64,000 bases of DNA from Candidatus Bathyarchaeia archaeon. Its GTDB lineage: Archaea > Thermoproteota > Bathyarchaeia > Bathyarchaeales > Bathycorpusculaceae. Within the stretch, counting starts at the first letter, position 1; every line of letters starts with the position of its first letter. The notes below the pieces were generated by a model. It saw only the letters and a program-made list of their open reading frames with translations. It was not told the DNA's origin and searched no databases. The position numbers were made by a program, and so were the translations under genes. The stretch is taken from positions 11,595 through 75,594 of the forward strand of contig JAWCNN010000004.1 in assembly GCA_038848525.1 (NCBI GenBank). Direction: 5' to 3'. Shown piece after piece: positions 29,600 through 36,955 of this stretch.

Positions 29600-29785
29600 G
29601 TGAGGTCAGAAACGGTGGTTAAGTCAAAGGTTTCCATTACCATTAATGAGGAATTCGTTAAATGGATAGATTCTCTAATAGAGAAAGGGCTATTTCGAAA
29701 CCGCAGCCACGCAATCGAAGAATTTTTACGTTTTGCCAAAAAAGAGGGAATCGAAAAAATCTTTCTAGAAAAACTAAAAAAGTAA
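29600..29785 (+). CDS. ribbon-helix-helix (CopG-like) DNA-binding protein
   Basis: 61 aa with a GTG start. The pattern VSITINEEFVKWID...NRSHAIEEFL is typical of RHH proteins. Confidence 0.6.
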   Translation: MRSETVVKSKVSITINEEFVKWIDSLIEKGLFRNRSHAIEEFLRFAKKEGIEKIFLEKLKK

Positions 29786-29805
29786 AAACGATTTAAAAGT
29801 CTTGT

Positions 29806-30852
29806 ATGGATATATTTGTTGATGATATAGGAAGTTTTCCACTGCCACCTTCCATAGATCAAAAACTGTTTAACAAGGCGTATCCTCTTGCACGTGAAGC
29901 AGTAACCCAAGGAAAAGACATAAAAACGGATGAGTTTTTGCTAAAAAACTTCTATCAAATCGTGATGGATTCTTTTAGGAAAAAGTTGGAGGCTGGTTTA
30001 GACATTGCAAATTACCCACAACATTATGATATGCACTTACAATTTGCAGAGATAATTCGTCAAGCCATGAACGAAGGCACATACATAGTTGAAGAGAAAA
30101 AAGCTGTAATACCCGAAGTTTACGTAATCAGTAAGGAAGCTGAAACGCTTTGCAAAGAATTCGGACGGAAAGTTTCGCTTCGTGTGGCTGTTACTGGACC
30201 AATGGAACTTTACTTAAAAGAGGTTGGAGCAACCCCTTACAAAGATGTCTTGTTGATGTTTGCGGAAACAGTTAGGCGTTTTGCAAAAAACTCCATTTTA
30301 AACTCCAAATACATTAAGACGGAAGTTGTCTCTTTGGATGAGCCGAGCTTCGGATTCCAAGAAGCGCTTGCGGACAGAGACACCATAATAGAAGTTTTTG
30401 AAAAAGCCTTTGATCTTAAAGGTGCTGTAAAGCAAATTCACCTACACTCTCCTTCGAGGGTTACAGACATTTTGGAAGTTAAAAACATTGACGTATTATC
30501 GTTTGAGTATGCGGCTTCCCCCAAAAATATAGAGGCAGTTTCCAAAAAAATGCTGGAAAGGGCGGACAAACAAATAAGGGTTGGCATATCAAGAACAGAC
30601 ATAAACTCAATAATGGCGGAACTATACGAGAAAGGTATAACAAAACCAAACGCAGAACAACTCGTTGAAAACGAAGAAGCCATAAAAACAAGATTTTTAA
30701 CAGCTAAAGAAAAGTACGGCGAAAGAATGACTTTCACTGGACCTGACTGCGGCTTAGGCGGATGGCCCACACAAGAAGCAGCTCAATTCCTCCTAAAGAG
30801 GACAGTTAACGTTGTGAAATCTTGCGAACTTGGTTGCATATATAGAATTTAG
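29806..30852 (+). CDS. MetE C-terminal-domain-like (cobalamin-independent methionine synthase family) protein
   Basis: 348 aa. QIHLHSPS aligns with the MetE QIHTHMCY motif, SFEYAAS carries the Glu ligand position, and GPDCGLGGW aligns with NPDCGL. Confidence 0.65.
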   Translation: MDIFVDDIGSFPLPPSIDQKLFNKAYPLAREAVTQGKDIKTDEFLLKNFYQIVMDSFRKKLEAGLDIANYPQHYDMHLQFAEIIRQAMNEGTYIVEEKKAVIPEVYVISKEAETLCKEFGRKVSLRVAVTGPMELYLKEVGATPYKDVLLMFAETVRRFAKNSILNSKYIKTEVVSLDEPSFGFQEALADRDTIIEVFEKAFDLKGAVKQIHLHSPSRVTDILEVKNIDVLSFEYAASPKNIEAVSKKMLERADKQIRVGISRTDINSIMAELYEKGITKPNAEQLVENEEAIKTRFLTAKEKYGERMTFTGPDCGLGGWPTQEAAQFLLKRTVNVVKSCELGCIYRI

Positions 30853-31253
30853 ATTTTGCAGATGTTGCTTGAAGTTTCGCAGATGGTGCATTTATAATCT
30901 TTCAGTGCTTGAAACTCCTTTTTATGTAATGCACAGATTATTCCTTCAGACCTTATGGTGTTGCATGCTTCACACATCTTTCCTATTATTGTTTCCGCTG
31001 GTACTTTTTCTTTTGCCAGTGCTTCGGCGATTTCTGAAACTATTTTCATGGTTTTTTCCGATTTCATTATTTCTTCAATGAAGGAGGCTCCTCTTTCGCC
31101 TTTCATGTACTGGGTTATTGCTGCTGGAGTTAATTCCATTTTTGTTGACGCATCAATTTTTCGCACATTATATTTTTCGATTAAGTCCTTCATTATTAAT
31201 ACTCTGAGTGCTGGTAAAATGTGTTGGACCACAATCATGCATGGAGGTTTCAT
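30849..31253 (-). CDS. HTH transcriptional regulator with a Cys-rich C-terminal domain (COG2522-like)
   Basis: HTH segment (ELTPAAITQYMKGERGA), then CEAC...C...CTIC...C. Confidence 0.5.
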   Translation of the reverse strand: MKPPCMIVVQHILPALRVLIMKDLIEKYNVRKIDASTKMELTPAAITQYMKGERGASFIEEIMKSEKTMKIVSEIAEALAKEKVPAETIIGKMCEACNTIRSEGIICALHKKEFQALKDYKCTICETSSNICKI

Positions 31254-31352
31254 TTTTGTTCCTCAATTATGTAGTTATGCGTTAGATTTATATAAATGTT
31301 TAACGCTGTTAAATTTATTTAACAATGTTAAAATCTGGGGGAGGCAACAACA

Positions 31353-31790
31353 ATGACGAGTTCAACGGAAATCTACTTTGAAATTGTTGAACTAGATAAA
31401 CTGAAACATCATGAAATGGTGGATTCCGCCCGCTTGGAAAAGCTGAAGGAGGAAGTAAAATCCGACGGGGTTTTAAAGTTGCCCATAGCGGTTGACAAAA
31501 ACACCAACATAATCATTGATGGACACCATCGGGCTATGGCTTTAAAGGAGTTGGGATGCACAAAAGTGCCAGTGGTGTTTTTTGATTATAACTCGCAGGA
31601 CATTGAAGTTCAATGTTGGAGAAACCCTGAAAAGTTGACGAAGGAAGATGTGATAAGGGCGGGATTAAGCTCAGAAAAACTGCCGCCGAAAACTTCTAGG
31701 CATATGGTATGGGTCGACGGCGTTCAAAAACACATTTCCGCCCTAGAAAAAGAAGTTAATATTCCACTTGAGAGGTTAAGGGAAGAGTAA
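31353..31790 (+). CDS. ParB/sulfiredoxin-fold protein
   Basis: 145 aa with LKHHEMV and the hallmark IIDGHHR motif. It ends 4 nt before cysK. Confidence 0.65.
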   Translation: MTSSTEIYFEIVELDKLKHHEMVDSARLEKLKEEVKSDGVLKLPIAVDKNTNIIIDGHHRAMALKELGCTKVPVVFFDYNSQDIEVQCWRNPEKLTKEDVIRAGLSSEKLPPKTSRHMVWVDGVQKHISALEKEVNIPLERLREE

Positions 31791-31794
31791 GCGG

Positions 31795-32706
31795 ATGATT
31801 GTGGCTAACAGCATTCTCGACCTTATTGGAAATACGCCCATGGTTAGGATAAATAAGCTTACTAAACCAGAGGATGCAACTGTATACGCAAAACTTGAGT
31901 GGTATAACATCGGCGGTTCGGTTAAGGATAGGATGGCGCTTTACCTAATAGAGCATGCGGAAGCCTCTGGAAAACTGAGGAATGATAAGATAATACTTGA
32001 GGCAACTTCTGGGAATACTGGCATAGCCCTTGCGATGATAGCGGCGGTGAAAGGCTACAAAATTGCCTTAATAATGCCGGAATCTGTCAGTGTGGAAAGG
32101 AGAAGGATAATTAGGGCTTATGGGGCTGATTTGATTCTTTCTCCTGGAGAGAAGGGGACGGGTGGGGCTGTGGAGCTTAAACTGAAAATGCTTGAGGAGA
32201 ACCCTGAAAAATATATCGATATAAACCAGTTTAAAGACCCGGCGAATATTCTTGCCCATTATCAGACGACGGGTAAGGAGATTCTTGAACAGACAGGCGG
32301 CAAAGTGGATATGGTTGTGGTTGGTGTTGGGACGGCTGGAACGGGTGTTGGCGTTTCAATGCGGGTTAAGGAGTACAATCCAAACATAAGGGTTGTTGGT
32401 GTTATGCCTGAGTTGGGCGTGAGTATACAGGGGTTGAGAAATGTTGGGGAGCCTTATCCTACTCAGTTGTTTAGGAGGGAGAGTTTTGATGAGGTTGTGG
32501 AGATTACAAGTGGGGAGGTGCATGAGGCTTTTGAGGTTGCGCGGAGAGCCGCTAGGGAGGAGGGGTTGTTTGTTGGTATGAGTTCTGGGGCTATTCTTTA
32601 TGTTGCGTTGAGGAAGGCTGGGGAGTTGGGTAAAGGTAAGGTGGTGGTTGCTGTTTTGCCTGATTCGGGAGAAAAGTATTTGAGTACATGTTTATTCCAA
32701 AGTTAG
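31795..32706 (+). CDS. cysK: cysteine synthase (PLP-dependent; O-acetylserine or O-phosphoserine sulfhydrylase)
   Basis: PLP-Lys region GGSVKDR, the TSGNTG loop, and a Gly-rich GVGTAGTG segment. Confidence 0.9.
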   Translation: MIVANSILDLIGNTPMVRINKLTKPEDATVYAKLEWYNIGGSVKDRMALYLIEHAEASGKLRNDKIILEATSGNTGIALAMIAAVKGYKIALIMPESVSVERRRIIRAYGADLILSPGEKGTGGAVELKLKMLEENPEKYIDINQFKDPANILAHYQTTGKEILEQTGGKVDMVVVGVGTAGTGVGVSMRVKEYNPNIRVVGVMPELGVSIQGLRNVGEPYPTQLFRRESFDEVVEITSGEVHEAFEVARRAAREEGLFVGMSSGAILYVALRKAGELGKGKVVVAVLPDSGEKYLSTCLFQS

Positions 32707-32722
32707 CCGTTTCCTGTGGTTT

Positions 32723-32762
32723 AAATGTTGTTGGTTTTGATGGAAAAATAACAACAACATTT
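32723..32762 (+). terminator. hairpin downstream of cysK
   Basis: An 11-bp perfect inverted repeat, AAATGTTGTTG ... CAACAACATTT, with an 18-nt loop, starting 17 nt after the cysK stop. Confidence 0.3.
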
Positions 32763-32994
32763 GGATTAAAGGTGACCTTAAGGCTGTATTTCCCCAGTCT
32801 CTTTCAACTCCTTGACGAATTCATTGTAGCTTCTAACCCTTAAAAGGAGAGCCCTGTCCTCGTCGGACAGTAAAACATTGTTGGTAACCATAACTTCACC
32901 GAATCAAGTATCAGTATGGCTTCATAAAAACTTTTACTGTTGGCTGTATACTGCAATTTTGCAGTAGCCTCTAGGTTTCTGGGCGAAGTGTAGG

Positions 32995-33096
32995 CGGGCC
33001 CGACGGGAATTGAACCCGTGACCCCCGGGTTTCTCTGCGCTTTTGTGTTTTGCGGTTTAAAAGCCCGGTGCTCTATCCTTACTGAGCTACGGGCCC
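32995..33096 (-). tRNA. tRNA-Lys(UUU) with a 27-nt intron after position 37
   Basis: Hand-folded cloverleaf. Acceptor GGGCCCG/CGGGCCC, D arm GCTC..GAGC, anticodon stem CCGGG/CCCGG with loop CTTTTAA interrupted by 27 nt, T arm ACGGG-TTCAATT-CCCGT, discriminator G. Confidence 0.85.
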
Positions 33097-33122
33097 TCTT
33101 TTGTTGTTTATGGATGGTTTGC

Positions 33123-33130
33123 ATTTTTAA
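33123..33130 (-). promoter_or_regulatory. TATA-box-like element upstream of tRNA-Lys
   Basis: TTAAAAAT on the minus strand, about 27-34 nt upstream of the tRNA 5' end. Confidence 0.4.
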
Positions 33131-33238
33131 GAGGGGATTGAGGATATATGAAGGTTACGCATGGCTGAAGTGTCGTGTTTGTTTTTGTGTCACTTTTTGG
33201 AGAAAAGTAACACTTATATTTGTTGTGGTTAACATTTT

Positions 33239-33490
33239 ATGGCGGTGGTGTCTGTGGTGATTGTTGAGGTTGGTCCTAAGTACCGTGTGACGATTACGCG
33301 GGATGTACGGAGGAAAAGTCCTTTGAGGGTTGGGCAGAGGGTTTATTTGTTGGCTAGACCGCCCTACATAGTTTTGATTCCTATTCCAAATGGGGTTGAT
33401 GAGGAGCTTGCTGGGCTTATTGGTGACATAACTTTTGGCAGGGAGGAGCGGAAGAGGGCTGAAGAGCAGATTTTGAAGGAAGCCTCTTAA
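33239..33490 (+). CDS. vapB: AbrB/SpoVT-fold antitoxin (VapB-like)
   Basis: 83 aa with the swapped-hairpin signature RVTITRDVRRKSPLRVGQRV. Its stop codon abuts the next gene's ATG. Confidence 0.7.
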   Translation: MAVVSVVIVEVGPKYRVTITRDVRRKSPLRVGQRVYLLARPPYIVLIPIPNGVDEELAGLIGDITFGREERKRAEEQILKEAS

Positions 33491-33952
33491 ATGAATGGGA
33501 ATTTTATGGTTGAAACTGAGTTTCTCTTTGGTTTTCAACCTAAGGATAGACGTTATAATATAGTTTCGAGGATATTGAGGGTTTACGTGGAAACCAAGTC
33601 TTTGCGTATTTATTATCCCACATCGGCTTTGGTGGAGGTTCGCATGGTTATGGCAAGCCATGGAAAAAGCGCTGAGGAGAGACTTAAAGCCTTAACGTTG
33701 ATAAGGGCAAAGGCTTCTGCGTCGAACCTTTCAGAGATAGGTCTTTCATCGGACGACTTGATTTTATGTGAGGAAATTATGATGCAGGGTTTAGCTCAGA
33801 CGTTTTTTGATGCGTTGCATGCGTCTGTGGCGTTAAACAATAATTTAACGGTAATATCGAATGATGAGGTTTATGACAAAATTGGAGTGAAAAGAGTTTC
33901 ATTTAAAGATTTTTTAAACTTTTTGGAAAAGTTTGAGCGTGGTTTTGGCTAG
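33491..33952 (+). CDS. vapC: PIN-domain protein (VapC-like toxin)
   Basis: 153 aa with FFDALHASVAL and VISNDEVYDKI motifs. The first acidic position appears to be Glu (VETEFLFG). Confidence 0.6.
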   Translation: MNGNFMVETEFLFGFQPKDRRYNIVSRILRVYVETKSLRIYYPTSALVEVRMVMASHGKSAEERLKALTLIRAKASASNLSEIGLSSDDLILCEEIMMQGLAQTFFDALHASVALNNNLTVISNDEVYDKIGVKRVSFKDFLNFLEKFERGFG

Positions 33953-35596
33953 TTTTGTTTTGATTTTTGGTGGAATTGGAATTTTAGCTAGTATTTTGAG
34001 GAACATGGTTGCTGTGTAGGATGCAATGTAGACGGCGATGGCTATGGAGGTTATGGATATGCTTATGGCGAGTGCCAGCGGAAGCGTGTTTGCTGGGGCT
34101 GGAGGGAGTGGCGGTAGTATTGGTAATACGTATTTTTCTATTATGGGTATTATTGTGAGGGCTGTGAGGATTGCCGTTATCACTGTTAGGGTCGTGAGGC
34201 GTGTGTTGGTTTTTTGTTCGGTTTTTGTGGTTATCATTGTGTGAATCCTAGAGAGTTTCTCGTTTACGGCTTTGTTAAGCTCTGAAATTCCAAGTTTTTC
34301 TTCGGCGAGCCACCACCAGTCGCTGACGCTTCCAAAAATTTGGTGTCTAGCCTCGTAGATTTCCTCCAAACCAGCAACAACACGGTTTTCAGCTTCAACA
34401 AGCTCTTTTACGCCTTCGCTGAGAACACGAGTAAGCAAAAGGTCATAAGCCAGATGAAGTATGAGTAAACAATTGAGAAGCCCAAAGCATGCTACGTCAG
34501 CAATCACAATGCCATGCGTGGGAACAGCATCCAACACGCCAAAAGCCTCATCCCAAAAATCGTCAGAGCAAATCCGCAACATGGTATTCTGTGAGAAGAA
34601 ACCGCTGACGCCAACGCTCGGTGAGATGTCAACCAAATAGTTTGACACGTACTCGGCTGAACGCATTTTATAGCATCTATCGCATATCAAAAGTCCAAGG
34701 CACTGCCTCGGATGTTTTTTCACAACCTCTTGAAACGGGTTCTCAACGGGTTTGTCGCCAGCCAACAAGTAAATGAGGTAGTACTCTTGGGCTTGGGCTT
34801 CGCTTATACGCCGATAATTTTCTGGGTTTTTCCTCCAGTTGAGCGTTTCAAGAACCGCCGAATGCACTGCAAACGTAAAAAGGTGCATAACATCCGCCAG
34901 AGTTGCCCTATACCGCATGTCACGGATTTTTCTCCAACTTTCGCCAAATATCCCATATCCAGCATTTTGCAGGTTTGTTGCGTTTTGAATCAGCCCACGT
35001 AACTGTTCTGGAAAAATCACTTCCACCCCTATTTTGTCAAAGTCTTCAAAGAGGTTTAGAGTTTCATCTGTGGTAAGTCCTTTTTCCACTTTTTTGGGGG
35101 TTAAGTGGAGGCTTAGGCATGCGGCGCCACCGACATAAACAGAAGCAACAACCGAGGCTGTTCTAAAATCTTCGTCGTAGGGCAATTTTATTTTTATTTG
35201 GGGGAATATTGCCCTTGCAAGACGCCCCAGCCTAACATAAACAGGCACTTGAATGTTATCCCACCAACCAAATGCGTCCAAAAGCTCGGTTTGTTTGGCA
35301 AATTCCTGTTCAGCCTTTTCCTGCAAACCCTCAAAACTGCTCTTTACTGCTATGCCCACACCTTCTAATTCTTCGGTGTAGGCTGTGTACGCCACTGCGT
35401 AGCCTAAACTCAAAAGTTCCTCCACAACATCTTTCGGCTTAACCCTCACCCTAAGATTTGAGGCGCCAACATCAAAAGCCCACAAATAAGTTATTGCGTA
35501 TCCTCTAACCTTAAGCGGAGGCTCATCATAAGTTGGAGAAATCTCGCTGGGCTTCAAACGCTTAAACGGGCATATAAACCACTGTGGTTTCGACAT
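33914..35596 (-). CDS. orphan 560-aa protein with a C-terminal two-TM module (CorA-like topology, no GMN motif)
   Basis: Long ORF on the same strand as, and downstream of, padR. A soluble N-terminal region of about 470 aa is followed by a helix and then NTRLTTLTVITAILTALTIIPII plus a second TM helix. Confidence 0.5.
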   Translation of the reverse strand: MSKPQWFICPFKRLKPSEISPTYDEPPLKVRGYAITYLWAFDVGASNLRVRVKPKDVVEELLSLGYAVAYTAYTEELEGVGIAVKSSFEGLQEKAEQEFAKQTELLDAFGWWDNIQVPVYVRLGRLARAIFPQIKIKLPYDEDFRTASVVASVYVGGAACLSLHLTPKKVEKGLTTDETLNLFEDFDKIGVEVIFPEQLRGLIQNATNLQNAGYGIFGESWRKIRDMRYRATLADVMHLFTFAVHSAVLETLNWRKNPENYRRISEAQAQEYYLIYLLAGDKPVENPFQEVVKKHPRQCLGLLICDRCYKMRSAEYVSNYLVDISPSVGVSGFFSQNTMLRICSDDFWDEAFGVLDAVPTHGIVIADVACFGLLNCLLILHLAYDLLLTRVLSEGVKELVEAENRVVAGLEEIYEARHQIFGSVSDWWWLAEEKLGISELNKAVNEKLSRIHTMITTKTEQKTNTRLTTLTVITAILTALTIIPIIEKYVLPILPPLPPAPANTLPLALAISISITSIAIAVYIASYTATMFLKILAKIPIPPKIKTKLAKTTLKLFQKV

Positions 35597-35711
35597 TGCA
35601 AAGCCTAAAACAAATTGGCTTTCACACCCATTTCTACTTTTCTAAGCTTTTCCGCCACGCCACGCTGCGCCAAGCCAACGAAAACGCTTGTCCGCAACAA
35701 CCCCAAAAAAG

Positions 35712-36083
35712 TTAGGGGTTTGATTGAACCTTCAAAAGATTCGTAATGAAATTCTTGATTTTATCATTCGCATTCAATATTGTCTCTATCGTTTTTCTAC
35801 CCTTCTCCGTCAACCGATAAACACGTTTACGCTCGTTCCATGTCCCCTCAATCAGCCCATTCCTTTCAAGCGAATACAACAGCGAATAAACAGTGCCAGA
35901 ACTCACCAGCAGATGGAATCGATTGTGTATAAACGAAATTACATCGTAGCCGCTTAAGGCTCCGTTCCGCAGTTCCGCCAAGATTATTATGTCCATAAAG
36001 TTTTTAATTATCCTTTCATGCATCTTCTTTAATATTTTGCCCTCCAACCTTTCACCGCCAAGTATTATCGTCAAAGCAGTCAT
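35712..36083 (-). CDS. padR: PadR-family transcriptional regulator
   Basis: 123 aa with ILAELRNGALSGYDVI...SSGTVYSLLYSLERNGLIEG. Confidence 0.85.
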   Translation of the reverse strand: MTALTIILGGERLEGKILKKMHERIIKNFMDIIILAELRNGALSGYDVISFIHNRFHLLVSSGTVYSLLYSLERNGLIEGTWNERKRVYRLTEKGRKTIETILNANDKIKNFITNLLKVQSNP

Positions 36084-36133
36084 GTTTAATCACACTCTAA
36101 GATTTTAGGTTAGATATAAATATTTAAATTTTG

Positions 36134-36152
36134 TTCTAATTCAGAATTAGAA
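36134..36152. promoter_or_regulatory. perfect 9-1-9 palindrome upstream of padR (candidate operator)
   Basis: TTCTAATTC-A-GAATTAGAA lies 51-69 nt upstream of the padR ATG, next to an AT-rich TATA-like tract at 36113-36129. Confidence 0.35.
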
Positions 36153-36364
36153 GTAGAAACAGAATAAAATAAGTTTAAACACACACCACGCATACAAACC
36201 CACAAAAGAAACAATGTTTCAAAATTCAATTATATAAAACACCCACAAAGCTTTACAATTTTAAATGTAACTTTCCACTCAAAAGCCAAAACAAGCCATT
36301 TTTAACAGCCAGCAATATATCCACATATTAACAAACGTTATCTCCCCTTTTCCACCCAAAAATC

Positions 36365-36937
36365 ATGCGGTGTTCAAATTTGATTTCATGGAAAACCTCC
36401 CTCAAAAGATTAAACAAAGAATATGAAATGGCAATGAAAAAGAAACATGCACTAGACAATTTACTCGAAACAGGCAGAATTTCACAGTACACCTACGAAA
36501 TCTTCAACAAAGAATTTGCTGGTGCGGTTGCAGAACTAGATAGGCAACGAAAGGATTTGCTTGACAAAATGAATTCTAAAATGAGGGGACTTGAAGAACA
36601 CATCAAAACCCTAGAAGTTTTACTCGCAAACTTTGAAATTCAACACGTGGCTGGCGAAATAGACGAAGAATCCTACCAACGTGAAGCCAACCTCATAACA
36701 ACAGGACTTGGAGCTGCAAGGCGAGAGTTAGACAATGTAAAAGAGGCTTACAACCAACTTTTAAATGACATAAACACCCCCATAGAAGCCTTAACCATAC
36801 AAGAAACAGAAGCTGAAACCAAAGAAAACGAAAGTTTGGAGGTCAGCGGAACCGAGCCTTCCGAAAACCCGCAAGAACCAGAAAACGCACAAATTCCAGA
36901 AACAGCGACGGAACTAACACAAGAAAAACAAGACTAA
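36365..36937 (+). CDS. hypothetical coiled-coil protein with an acidic C-terminal tail
   Basis: 190-aa ORF. The start could instead be M22 (MAMKKKH, 36428). Confidence 0.45.
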   Translation: MRCSNLISWKTSLKRLNKEYEMAMKKKHALDNLLETGRISQYTYEIFNKEFAGAVAELDRQRKDLLDKMNSKMRGLEEHIKTLEVLLANFEIQHVAGEIDEESYQREANLITTGLGAARRELDNVKEAYNQLLNDINTPIEALTIQETEAETKENESLEVSGTEPSENPQEPENAQIPETATELTQEKQD

Positions 36938-36955
36938 AACACTCCTTTTTCTAAA

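Noticed and set aside
32777-32890. 37-codon minus-strand ORF (MVTNNVLLSDEDRALLLRVRSYNEFVKELKETGEIQP) between cysK and the tRNA
   Set aside because: No SD or promoter is evident, it is very short, and no homology is recognised.
32840-33124. 94-aa minus-strand ORF in the supplied track
   Set aside because: It lies directly over the hand-folded tRNA-Lys gene (32995-33096) and its promoter. The tRNA explains the sequence.
33155-33661. 168-aa minus-strand ORF
   Set aside because: It is antisense to the well-supported vapB/vapC pair. It has low-complexity, His/Asn/Pro-rich composition and no recognisable family.
32707-36364. Possible integrated element at the tRNA-Lys gene
   Set aside because: I saw no integrase or recombinase, no repeat of the tRNA 3' end elsewhere in the window, and no obvious composition change. 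VapBC and the orphan gene lie on the 5' side of the tRNA, not the usual 3' integration side.
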